Source of the DNA: a virus
Taxonomy: Duplodnaviria > Caudoviricetes
DNA: 64,000 bases
IMG/VR virus record: IMGVR_UViG_3300044253_000005
Span: 4,568-68,567 of that record
Direction: 5' to 3' (one strand)
Shown: positions 27,610 through 35,611 of the stretch, piece by piece
Layout of the letters: each line of letters starts with the position of its first letter
Position numbering within the stretch: position 1 is the stretch's first letter
Made by a program: the position numbers and the translations under genes
Notes under the pieces: generated by a model
Database searches by the model: none
What the model saw: the letters and a program-made list of their open reading frames with translations, nothing else
Told to the model about the DNA's origin: nothing

Positions 27610-28224
27610 TCAGGAGAGCGTTTCTTCGGTCGCGAACAGACCGTCGGCGCTCGGGTGAACGCGCACGATGCCGTCGCGTTCGAGCGTGACGCGCTCGTGC
27701 GTCTCGATCCTCGTCACGCGCGTCGGCGTTTCCTGCACGACCGCTTCGACCGTGCAGCGCACACGCACCGCCGAGCGCCGGCGGCAGCCGACCAGTCGCA
27801 CGCTCGCGCCCGGTGCCTGCTTGGCCCAGTAGGCGCGTTCGTAGCTGAGCGCCGCCGAGCGAGCGCCTGCGCTCGACAGACGCGGCGCCGCGTCGGCCGC
27901 GCCGAGGAACATGGCGAACAGCCAGCAGAACACGACGGCGAGCAGGATGCCGAGGATCACGCCGACACGCATCAACGGGAACGGGTGCGGGCTCTCGCGT
28001 CGCTCGCGACTCTGCGCCAGCGAGCGAGCGCACTCGCGCTCCCAGCTCTCGACGCTCGTGAGCCTCTGCGGGAGACGCACCGCCGTGCCGGATCGCTGGA
28101 GCGCCTCGTGCTGCCTGCGCAGGTGCTCTCCCAGGTCAGCGAGGCCGCGACCCTGCGTGCGCGCGATCGCGGTAAGGCCCTCCTGGACATCGGCCATGCT
28201 CGCGCCCAGCTTCGGCGCGCTCAT
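27610..28224 (-). CDS. Single-pass membrane protein
   Basis: Hydrophobic VGVILGILLAVVFCWLFAMFLGA segment. Confidence 0.5.
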   Translation of the reverse strand: MSAPKLGASMADVQEGLTAIARTQGRGLADLGEHLRRQHEALQRSGTAVRLPQRLTSVESWERECARSLAQSRERRESPHPFPLMRVGVILGILLAVVFCWLFAMFLGAADAAPRLSSAGARSAALSYERAYWAKQAPGASVRLVGCRRRSAVRVRCTVEAVVQETPTRVTRIETHERVTLERDGIVRVHPSADGLFATEETLS

Positions 28225-28420
28225 GACGCACCGCGCAGGCGGGTCATTGTGCGCCGGTGCAGGCCTTCGCGGAAGGTCTCCCAGTAGACGGCGTCGACGA
28301 GCTTGCGCACGCTCTCGCCGGTCGAGTCGGCTGCCTGGCGCAGGTGCTCCATCGCGGCGCAGAAGTCCGAGATCCCGCGCGAGCTGACCCGCGCGCCGAG
28401 CTTGACGTTGACGGGCGCCT

Positions 28421-28699
28421 TCATGCCGCCACCGCCGTCGAGTCCTGCGTCTGCTGCTCGGCTTCCTCGATGCACATGCCGCACCGTATCGCCTGGCGGA
28501 TCATCGGGTTGCCACAGTCCCAGCAGGTGTAGCTCGTGCGCGAGCGACCGCGCCGCCAGTTGGCGATCGTCGTGCGCGAGACGCCGTAGCGCTTGGCGAT
28601 CGCGGCGAGCGAGAGGCCGAGCTCGGAGCGCAGGTGCTCGATGTTGCGTTGACGCTCGGGCATCGAATGTCCGAGCGTCGTCGGTGGTGCAGTCTGCAT
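28421..28699 (-). CDS. Cro/XRE-like HTH regulator with a C-terminal C4 zinc finger
   Basis: LGLSLAAIAKRYGVSRTTIANWRRG then CWDC..CGMC; divergent from the replication genes. Confidence 0.75.
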   Translation of the reverse strand: MQTAPPTTLGHSMPERQRNIEHLRSELGLSLAAIAKRYGVSRTTIANWRRGRSRTSYTCWDCGNPMIRQAIRCGMCIEEAEQQTQDSTAVAA

Positions 28700-28766
28700 G
28701 GTGGACTCCTTCGGTGGTGTGGTGTTGGCCGAGAATACCAGCCATCGCCGATAAACTTCGCGAACC

Positions 28767-29078
28767 GTGCCCGACTCCCTGCAACGCGAACGTGCTCGTC
28801 GCGCTGTAACCAACGCGGTCCGCGACAGCCGATTGACGAAGGGCCCGTGCGAGGAAGCTGGCAACGGACGTTGCACGAGCACGGTCGAAGCCCACCACGA
28901 CGACTACTCGCAGCCGCTCGTCGTGCGGTGGCTGTGCTCGTTTCATCACCGGCTGCTGCACTTCCCGATCAAGCACGGAACGCCGCGCGGTTACCAGCGC
29001 GGATGTCGGTGCGAGCGCTGCCGGGATGCGATGCGTGCTTACTGGCGCCGGGAGTCGCGCGAACGGCGCGCTGGGTAG
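28767..29078 (+). CDS. HNH-like protein with an HGT..GCRC zinc module
   Basis: EAHHDDYSQPLVVRWLCSFHH and HGTPRGYQRGCRCERCRDA. Confidence 0.7.
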   Translation: MPDSLQRERARRAVTNAVRDSRLTKGPCEEAGNGRCTSTVEAHHDDYSQPLVVRWLCSFHHRLLHFPIKHGTPRGYQRGCRCERCRDAMRAYWRRESRERRAG

Positions 29079-29104
29079 CGGCATCTTTTCGCCGACCGGG
29101 GTAG

Positions 29105-29350
29105 CTATCCTTCTGCATGTGGGTTCTGCCGTCAGTGGTGTCGGCGGACTCCTTCGGAGAAACGGCCCCGGTGCGCACTGGGGCCGTTTCGCTGTCCGGG
29201 CCACTTACTAGCTTCCGGCCCGCGTGCTCGACCCAGCGCGTCGCGGGCCGCCGGAGAGATCCGGTGGCCCGCACTCCTTCTGTCCGAGAGGAGACGTAGC
29301 TTCGCCGACGAAGGTCACGTGGCTGGGTCACTTAGAAGGGGGTCGCGCGC
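29105..29350 (+). ncRNA. Structured leader or ncRNA upstream of the replication initiator
   Basis: -10 TATCCT at 29105; 14-bp hairpin at ~29159-29190; 13-bp hairpin 29243-29272 capped by a GAGA tetraloop; G-U pairs favour the + strand. Confidence 0.5.
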
Positions 29351-29353
29351 AGG

Positions 29354-29971
29354 GTGTGGGTCAAGCTCGACGATGGGATGCCGGACAACCTGAAGGTTGG
29401 TCCGCTAAGCGACCGTGCATTCCGTCTGCACATCACAGCTCTGTGCTTCTGCGGGCAGCAGCTAACCGACGGGCAAGTCCCGACCTGGTGGATCGAGCGC
29501 CGCGGCGCTGACCCGAAGGAGCTGGTCGACGCCGAGCTGTGGACGGCCAACGCCGGCGGCTGGGAGATCCACGACTTCCTAGTCTACAACCCCTCGCGCG
29601 CCGAAGTGCAGGGCAAGCGCGAGTACGCGCTCGAAATGCGCGCGCTGCACAAGGACCGCTCGTTGATCGAGGCGATCCGCCGGCGCGACCGCGACCTGTG
29701 CCGCTTCTGCGCCGTGCAGGTGAACTGGACCGATCGCCGCGGCTCGACCGGGGGCACCTACGACCACCTGATCCCAGGCGCCGGCAACAACCTCGGCAAC
29801 GTCGTCGTCTCCTGTCGCGGCTGCCATTCGACCAAGGGCGGCAAGGCGCTCGATGACTGCGAGCTGGAGCTGATGGCGCCTCCTCCTCCCCCGGATTCAA
29901 GTCGGAGTCAGATCGGAGCTAGAACTAGACCCGGCTCGGATCAAGACACCCGACCCGACCCGACCCGATGA
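29354..29971 (+). CDS. RepA-like replication initiator N-domain fused to HNH
   Basis: WVKLDD..PDNLKV..LSDRAFRL...GWEIHDFLVYNPS, then RRRDRDLCRFC..TYDHLIP..N..NVVVSCRGCHSTKG. Confidence 0.75.
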   Translation: MWVKLDDGMPDNLKVGPLSDRAFRLHITALCFCGQQLTDGQVPTWWIERRGADPKELVDAELWTANAGGWEIHDFLVYNPSRAEVQGKREYALEMRALHKDRSLIEAIRRRDRDLCRFCAVQVNWTDRRGSTGGTYDHLIPGAGNNLGNVVVSCRGCHSTKGGKALDDCELELMAPPPPPDSSRSQIGARTRPGSDQDTRPDPTR

Positions 29972-30142
29972 ACTACAAGACAGCCAGCTACAGGATCACA
30001 CCTGTGGTTGCGCGCGAGCGGTGCGATCGAGCCGGATGACGTGGAGGGTGGTCTGCACTTCAACTTCCGCCGGCCAGGCGCACAGCCGGCGTGGCATGGC
30101 CGATGGCTTCGAGGCCTCGAACTCGACGTAGCGGAGCACGGG

Positions 30143-30529
30143 ATGACCGAGCGCATGGCGAGGGCCGAGGAACAGGGCGCCACAGATGCGCCAGAGCCCG
30201 CTGTGGCGCCAGCGGCGGGTGAACACAGCGACTCGCCCACGGAGGCCCTCCTGGATGCGTGGGCGCCCGTAGACGAGGAGATCCGCCAGATGGTCGAGGA
30301 CTCGGCCTACCGGATCTGGCTCGCCCCGAGCGGCTCCGGGCGCATTCACCCGCACGCCCGCCTGGGCGGCGTGTGGTTCGTCGGCGTCGATCCGCGCGCG
30401 CTGAGCTGGGTGCGCGATCGCTTCGGGCGCCTCTACGACGCCGCGGCCGGCAGGCCGGTGACGTTCGTCGCCTGCGAGCAGCGAGCACCCGACCAAAGCG
30501 GCGAGCCCGCCGGCGCCCCCGATCTATGA
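30143..30529 (+). CDS. DnaA N-terminal domain (domain I)-like protein
   Basis: DAWAPVDEEIRQMVEDSAYRIWLAP...VGV....SWVRDRFGRL; GGAG SD before the ATG at 30143; same frame as the rep gene. Confidence 0.6.
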   Translation: MTERMARAEEQGATDAPEPAVAPAAGEHSDSPTEALLDAWAPVDEEIRQMVEDSAYRIWLAPSGSGRIHPHARLGGVWFVGVDPRALSWVRDRFGRLYDAAAGRPVTFVACEQRAPDQSGEPAGAPDL

Positions 30530-30574
30530 GGGCGCGGCGGGCTCGAACGCCGGAGGGATGGAGACCGCTGGAGG

Positions 30575-31192
30575 CTAGTTGCCGAGGCGGTCGCGACCGG
30601 AAGGACCGCTCGCGGCTGGGCTCGCGTTCGTGCCACCTTTGAGGATCTTGTTGATCCCGGCAGGCTTGAAGACCAGCGCGTGCGCTCCGAAGGCGCCGAG
30701 GATGGCCGTCAGTACGAGCTGCACAGTGGCGTCGTTCCAGCCGAACACATGCGTTTCGATTGCTGCCCACACGGCGCCGACGACACCCGAGACGACCGCG
30801 AGCGCGATCGCCTTGGCGGCTTCGGAGATCCACGGGGCGTAGTGGTTGAGCACGTAGGTGAACAGCGGCGTCACGGCACCGAGGATCAGCGCCCAGGTCT
30901 GCACGCTCGGCACGAAGCCGACGCCGTGCGCGGCCGCCAGAGCGAAGCTCGGCAGCAGCGCCAGGCAGAGCAGCGCCAGAGCGCCGCCGCGCGCGATGCA
31001 GGTGCTCAGCGTGCGCTTGCTCCACGTGCGCCCGCGCCACTGCCACCATCGCACCGTCACGAGGTCGGCGTGGTCGTCGTCGCGGAAGTGATTGCCGTGG
31101 CCCCCGGCCTGCACGTCGGCGCTGTGCACGCCTTCGGCGTAGACCGATCGGAAGCGCACGGGCACCAGCAGGCTCAACAGATATCGCAGCAT
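30575..31192 (-). CDS. Holin-like multi-pass membrane protein
   Basis: Four to five hydrophobic segments, basic C-terminus; SD AGGAGG before the ATG at 31192. Confidence 0.55.
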   Translation of the reverse strand: MLRYLLSLLVPVRFRSVYAEGVHSADVQAGGHGNHFRDDDHADLVTVRWWQWRGRTWSKRTLSTCIARGGALALLCLALLPSFALAAAHGVGFVPSVQTWALILGAVTPLFTYVLNHYAPWISEAAKAIALAVVSGVVGAVWAAIETHVFGWNDATVQLVLTAILGAFGAHALVFKPAGINKILKGGTNASPAASGPSGRDRLGN

Positions 31193-31256
31193 GGTGTTCC
31201 TCCTAGCTATAGGGATCGAGAGAGATTCTGTTGCGTCGCTCGGACGCGAGACCCAG

Positions 31257-31697
31257 TCAGTGACCCGGCAGGATTTCGACCGCGTAGGCGCGGCAGTCGA
31301 GCGGCGCAAATGCGCGGAGCTGTCGGTCGACGGACTCCTGGTTGATCGCGAGGATCTTCGGGGTGTCGAACTGGGGTAGCAATTCGAGGAACAGGGGGAA
31401 GTTCTTTTGCCCCTGTTCGACGTTTTCGCGCAGCCCCTCTCGGAGGCGGTTGCCGCTTTCGCAGTTGGTCAGCCGTGCGTTGATGGTGGCCGCCGTCTGT
31501 TCGCTGCGGCTGACCGCTTCGTTATGCACCTGCGCCCGGAGCTGCACCTGCTGTTCTTTGAGCTGCACCTGCTGGCGGTGGATCACCTGGCCCTGGTTGT
31601 GCAGCACCTTGAAGCCGATCGCCACGAAGGCGATCGCCAGGTAGGGACCGAGGGCATCGAGCACACGCACGACTCGCTTCAGCGTCTTCCTAGACAT
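31257..31697 (-). CDS. Membrane-anchored coiled-coil protein (lysis-associated?)
   Basis: N-terminal TM LGPYLAIAFVAIGF; Gln-rich heptads. Confidence 0.55.
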   Translation of the reverse strand: MSRKTLKRVVRVLDALGPYLAIAFVAIGFKVLHNQGQVIHRQQVQLKEQQVQLRAQVHNEAVSRSEQTAATINARLTNCESGNRLREGLRENVEQGQKNFPLFLELLPQFDTPKILAINQESVDRQLRAFAPLDCRAYAVEILPGH

Positions 31698-31778
31698 GGA
31701 AGACCCCGACCCACTGCGCGATCGCCACGCCGGCGCTCACAGCCACGAAGACCCACGGGTAGTGGTCGCGCACGAGCT

Positions 31779-31985
31779 TCACTCGTCGGCGTCCCGCCGT
31801 CGCTTGGAGCGTGCGCGTTGGAAAAGCAGGAGGGATGCGGCGAAGCCCATCACGCCGGCGTTCGGTTCGGCGCCGGCGAGCTTCCATTCGAGGACCTGCC
31901 AGGTCCCGAGCAGGAAGCCCCCGACCTGCGCCCAGCGGGGCCACTCCTGCTGGGCGTTGCGCCACAGTGCTCGAAGTCGGCCCAT
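31779..31985 (-). CDS. Small membrane protein (holin/antiholin-like)
   Basis: Two hydrophobic stretches and a basic tail. Confidence 0.5.
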   Translation of the reverse strand: MGRLRALWRNAQQEWPRWAQVGGFLLGTWQVLEWKLAGAEPNAGVMGFAASLLLFQRARSKRRRDADE

Positions 31986-32046
31986 TCACGAGATCGAGAG
32001 ATAGCGGTTGTCGGGGAAAGTTCGTCGCATGGTCGAGACCGCGCGG

Positions 32047-32057
32047 ATCGTAGACCC
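32047..32057 (-). promoter_or_regulatory. Putative late promoter GGGTC-TACGAT
   Basis: Same motif as the portal promoter; lies at the end of the tail gene. Confidence 0.6.
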
Positions 32058-35000
32058 TAGACCAGCAGCGTCAAGACGAGCTGGAAGTCGACCTCGGCGT
32101 TGGATTCGCTCGCGCCGACGATCGTCGCCCAGATGCGTTGGCCCGCCGCCGAGTTTTCAGGTGTGGCGAATTCACGCACGTCGATCACCGCGGGACCCGT
32201 CCAGGGCCCGCCGAGCGCAGTCGTGCGGTCGGTGCCGTTGATCTTCAGTTTGACCGCCTTGCCGCTCACGTTGAGCGAGATAAACACGCGCGCGTCCACG
32301 AGCTCCTCATTGCCGAGCAGCGTGCACATCGAGGGGGAACTGACCGCACCGATCCCGAGCGGGATCGTCTGGATGAAGGTGCCCATGCGCGAGGTGTAGT
32401 TGCGCTGGTAGGCGCGCGGCGATCGCGTGGCTTCGCGCAGCGCCGAGCGCAGTGCGGCGGTCGGGTCCTTCGGGCGAGCTCGGAAGCCGACCGCAGTGCT
32501 AGAGCGACCTTCGGAGTTGAAGTTGCGCGTGACCTGGAGGAGCTGGCGCGTGGCCGTGTCGCGCACGCTGCCCTCCGGCAGCCATAGCCGCGCGCCGTCG
32601 CCCGGTCGCCAGCGGAACTGGTTGAGCACGCCGGTGAGCGGGAAGGTGTCGGCGAGGCGATCGCGTGCGGTCGGTTCGCCTTCGATGTTCTGCCAAACGC
32701 CGGAGCGCAGTTCGCGCTCGGCTTCGGCGCGCGCCGCCAGGAGCGCGGGGAATGCGATGTCGCCGGCGTTAACCCACCCCTGGAGGTCGAACAGGTCCTG
32801 TGTGACCTCCTGGGCCGAGATCGCCTCGAACGCGATCTGTGAACCCTTGCCGTCGGCGATGCCCGAGCCGAAGGCTTTGAGCGAGGAGACGCTGTCGGTC
32901 GCATCCTCGGTGACCGACCAGCCGTTCATGCCCGAGCGCTGGTCGCGATCGTCGGTCTCGATGATCTCGTCGGTTTCGATCCCCACCCGCGCCTTCGGGA
33001 TGATCGCGCAGGGGAATTCCCCCGACTCCAACTGCCGCGCCTCCGCGCGGAGCTGGTAGCCATAGTTGCGCGCGGTTTCTGTGACGAGGTCGAAGTGCGA
33101 GCTGCCCTGCACGCGCGCGTCGACGCAGCCGAGCGGCGAGAGCGACGTGGAAGGCACGATCTGTTCGGCCGTCGTCGTAATGGCTTTGCCGCCCGGATCG
33201 GTATAGGTCGCCGCCGGCGAAAACTTCAAGCTGCACGTTCCCGACGTGTCGGGAGACGAGCGGAAAAACTCCAGGATGATCGGATACCAGCCGTCCGCCC
33301 CGCCAAGCGACGCGGCGTTGACGGTCGCGGAGAAGTTCTGGCTGGCGTTCACCGCCCACTGGTCGACGAGCTGTTGCCCGTATTGCGTCTTGCCGATCCA
33401 CAATCGACAGCCTGCATTCGTGCCCACGCCCACGGTGACGGTTAGATTGCCTTTCGACAAGGGGAGGTAGATCGCGCCGAACCAACGCGCAGCCCAATAC
33501 GTTTCCGGGACCCCCGCCGGCTGCTGAGAGCCAGTGAGTTCGGGTTGCTGGTCCTGGATGAATTCAGGGAAGCCCGCTCGACGCGGATCGGGCGCGAGGA
33601 CGATGTCCCACCAGTTGCCGGTGCCGGTCGTCGCACCCTGCACGACGTAGCGACCGTGAAGGCCGCCGACCGGGTAGGTCGCCGCCGTGCCGGGCAGCAC
33701 GTAGTCGCCCTTTTCGGAGCCGCGCATGAGGAACGGCTGGCGCTGAGCAAACCCGAAGCGCGTAAAGAGCACTTCGGCTTCGGTCGTGATCGCTTCCTCG
33801 GTTTCGAGTACGACCGCGAGTTCGACTTCGCCGGTGCCGACGACCTCGGCCGGGCGAACTGCCAGGAGTTCGCCGTCGATGTAGTAGAAGACCCAGCGGC
33901 CGTCGCATTCCATCGTCAGCGTGTGAAAGCCAACCGCCGGCGTTTTTTCTGGGGTGATGTATCCGAAGGTCGTGCCGCCGCCGGTGCGGAAGTAGCTCGC
34001 CACGCCGGACAGGCCGTTCGTCGTGAAGTCCGCCTCCAGCGCATTGTTGCCCGAGGCCGCGCTCAACTTGACGTTGAGGGTCCAGCCGCCCACGCTTTTG
34101 AGCACGTTGAAGGGCAACACGACTTTCCACGCTTCGTTGGTCGCGACCGTGAACAGGTTTTTATTGCTGAAGGCGACGAAGCCGCGATTGGTCGTGCGGT
34201 TGGTGCCGCTGAATTTCGCGAGCAGACCGCCATTCGTCCCCGTCGCCACCGTGGCGGTGCCGGTGCCGGTGTGTATAGCGTTGGTGGATACGCCCTGGCC
34301 TGTCGGCGTGGTGCCGGCCGGGAATTCGGTAAAGAGCGAGCGGACCCAGAGCGTCGAGTAGCGTTCGATCATGTCGCGCGGTGCGATCACGCCCGTCCAT
34401 TCCTGCTCGTAGGCCTTGCGCAGCAGGAACACGCCGTCGTACCCCGTCACCATGATCTTCTGCCGATCGCGCGTGACCTTCAGGATGCAGCCGATCGTCT
34501 CGATCTCGCCCTCGCGGCTGATCTCCAGGTACTCGGTGTGCCCGCGCGCGCTGAAGCGCGAGCGCCAGGGTTGACCGTCGGAGGCGTCGCGGTTGGGGAA
34601 CGTCAGCGTGAATTCGCCCGAGTCGAGCAGGCGCAGCGTGTAGCTGCCCTCGTGGAAGTCCGGCGAGTCGGGCAGTCGAGAGATCGGCAGCGGGTTCGCG
34701 TAGAGCGTCTTCGACAGTACGGGCAGGCCTTCGCCCAGAGGGTTGATTACGCCCGGTTCGCCTTCCTGTTCCTGCTTGGGCGCGATGTGCCGCAGCATGT
34801 AGCGACCCGGCTGAAGGGTCTCTTGCTGGCGGTAGCGGGTCTCGATCGTCGGGGGTGAGGGCGGCGCCGCTTCTTCACCTTTCAGAGTCCCTTTGGCCGT
34901 CGTTTTCGCTTTGGCGACGCCGGCGAGCTTGCCCTGGCCCGAGAGCGCGGCCGCGGTCCCGAATTTGGCTTTGGCGCTGCCGGCCATCGTGCCGGTCGTG

Positions 35001-35611
35001 GCTTCCGGGGAGAAGGTCGCCATCGCCATCGCCCAGAAGTCGCTGGTGATCGTCCAGCTCGTCGCTTCTTCGCCGGCGGCGGCGGCGATGACGAAGGCCG
35101 AGGCGTTGCCGGTGTGCCCGGCCGCGGACATTTCCGTCCACCCGCCCGAAGGGCCTCCCGATTTCGATTCTTCGAGAATGCGCCCGATGCAGATGAACAG
35201 GTTGCCGCTCGTCGCCGGTTTCGCTTTGGTCGTCGCCATCGTGGCGGATTTGCCGCTGTTGGTGCTCGTTTTGTCGAGCGCGCCGACGCCCGACCACTCC
35301 GAGACGACGAGCGGGTCGAAGGCGGTGGTGGCCTGGTCGAAGGTGACCGTGAGCACGTTGGCGCCGGCGCTCGTCACGCGGCCGTACCAGAGCTCGGCGC
35401 TGTCTTCCGGTTTTTCTGAGTTGTTGGCGACGACCGCTTTTTTCCATTCGGCCACGCCCCCGCCGCTGATCGTGCTGATGTTCGCGCCCCGGCTGCCGGC
35501 GAAGTTGACGATCACGGTGTTGCCCACCGTGAAGTTCGCCATGCCGCTCGTGAGGAATTCCGCGACGCTCGGCGGCGAGTAGCCTTTTTCCTGGACTTTG
35601 GCGATCGCCAT
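32057..35611 (-). CDS. Tail hub/receptor-binding protein with PA14-like and ConA/LamG-like domains
   Basis: 1184 aa after the distal tail gene; WAARWFGAIY..G.LT..VG...GCRLWIG...GWYPIILEF (PA14); FHTLTMECDGRWVFYYIDG (LamG-like). Confidence 0.7.
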   Translation of the reverse strand: MAIAKVQEKGYSPPSVAEFLTSGMANFTVGNTVIVNFAGSRGANISTISGGGVAEWKKAVVANNSEKPEDSAELWYGRVTSAGANVLTVTFDQATTAFDPLVVSEWSGVGALDKTSTNSGKSATMATTKAKPATSGNLFICIGRILEESKSGGPSGGWTEMSAAGHTGNASAFVIAAAAGEEATSWTITSDFWAMAMATFSPEATTGTMAGSAKAKFGTAAALSGQGKLAGVAKAKTTAKGTLKGEEAAPPSPPTIETRYRQQETLQPGRYMLRHIAPKQEQEGEPGVINPLGEGLPVLSKTLYANPLPISRLPDSPDFHEGSYTLRLLDSGEFTLTFPNRDASDGQPWRSRFSARGHTEYLEISREGEIETIGCILKVTRDRQKIMVTGYDGVFLLRKAYEQEWTGVIAPRDMIERYSTLWVRSLFTEFPAGTTPTGQGVSTNAIHTGTGTATVATGTNGGLLAKFSGTNRTTNRGFVAFSNKNLFTVATNEAWKVVLPFNVLKSVGGWTLNVKLSAASGNNALEADFTTNGLSGVASYFRTGGGTTFGYITPEKTPAVGFHTLTMECDGRWVFYYIDGELLAVRPAEVVGTGEVELAVVLETEEAITTEAEVLFTRFGFAQRQPFLMRGSEKGDYVLPGTAATYPVGGLHGRYVVQGATTGTGNWWDIVLAPDPRRAGFPEFIQDQQPELTGSQQPAGVPETYWAARWFGAIYLPLSKGNLTVTVGVGTNAGCRLWIGKTQYGQQLVDQWAVNASQNFSATVNAASLGGADGWYPIILEFFRSSPDTSGTCSLKFSPAATYTDPGGKAITTTAEQIVPSTSLSPLGCVDARVQGSSHFDLVTETARNYGYQLRAEARQLESGEFPCAIIPKARVGIETDEIIETDDRDQRSGMNGWSVTEDATDSVSSLKAFGSGIADGKGSQIAFEAISAQEVTQDLFDLQGWVNAGDIAFPALLAARAEAERELRSGVWQNIEGEPTARDRLADTFPLTGVLNQFRWRPGDGARLWLPEGSVRDTATRQLLQVTRNFNSEGRSSTAVGFRARPKDPTAALRSALREATRSPRAYQRNYTSRMGTFIQTIPLGIGAVSSPSMCTLLGNEELVDARVFISLNVSGKAVKLKINGTDRTTALGGPWTGPAVIDVREFATPENSAAGQRIWATIVGASESNAEVDFQLVLTLLV

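Noticed and set aside
29969-29971. Genome-wide TGA recoding (alternative code or selenocysteine)
   Set aside because: Many genes end cleanly at TGA with ATGA/GTGA overlaps; only one suspicious in-frame TGA, and no suppressor or Sec tRNA seen
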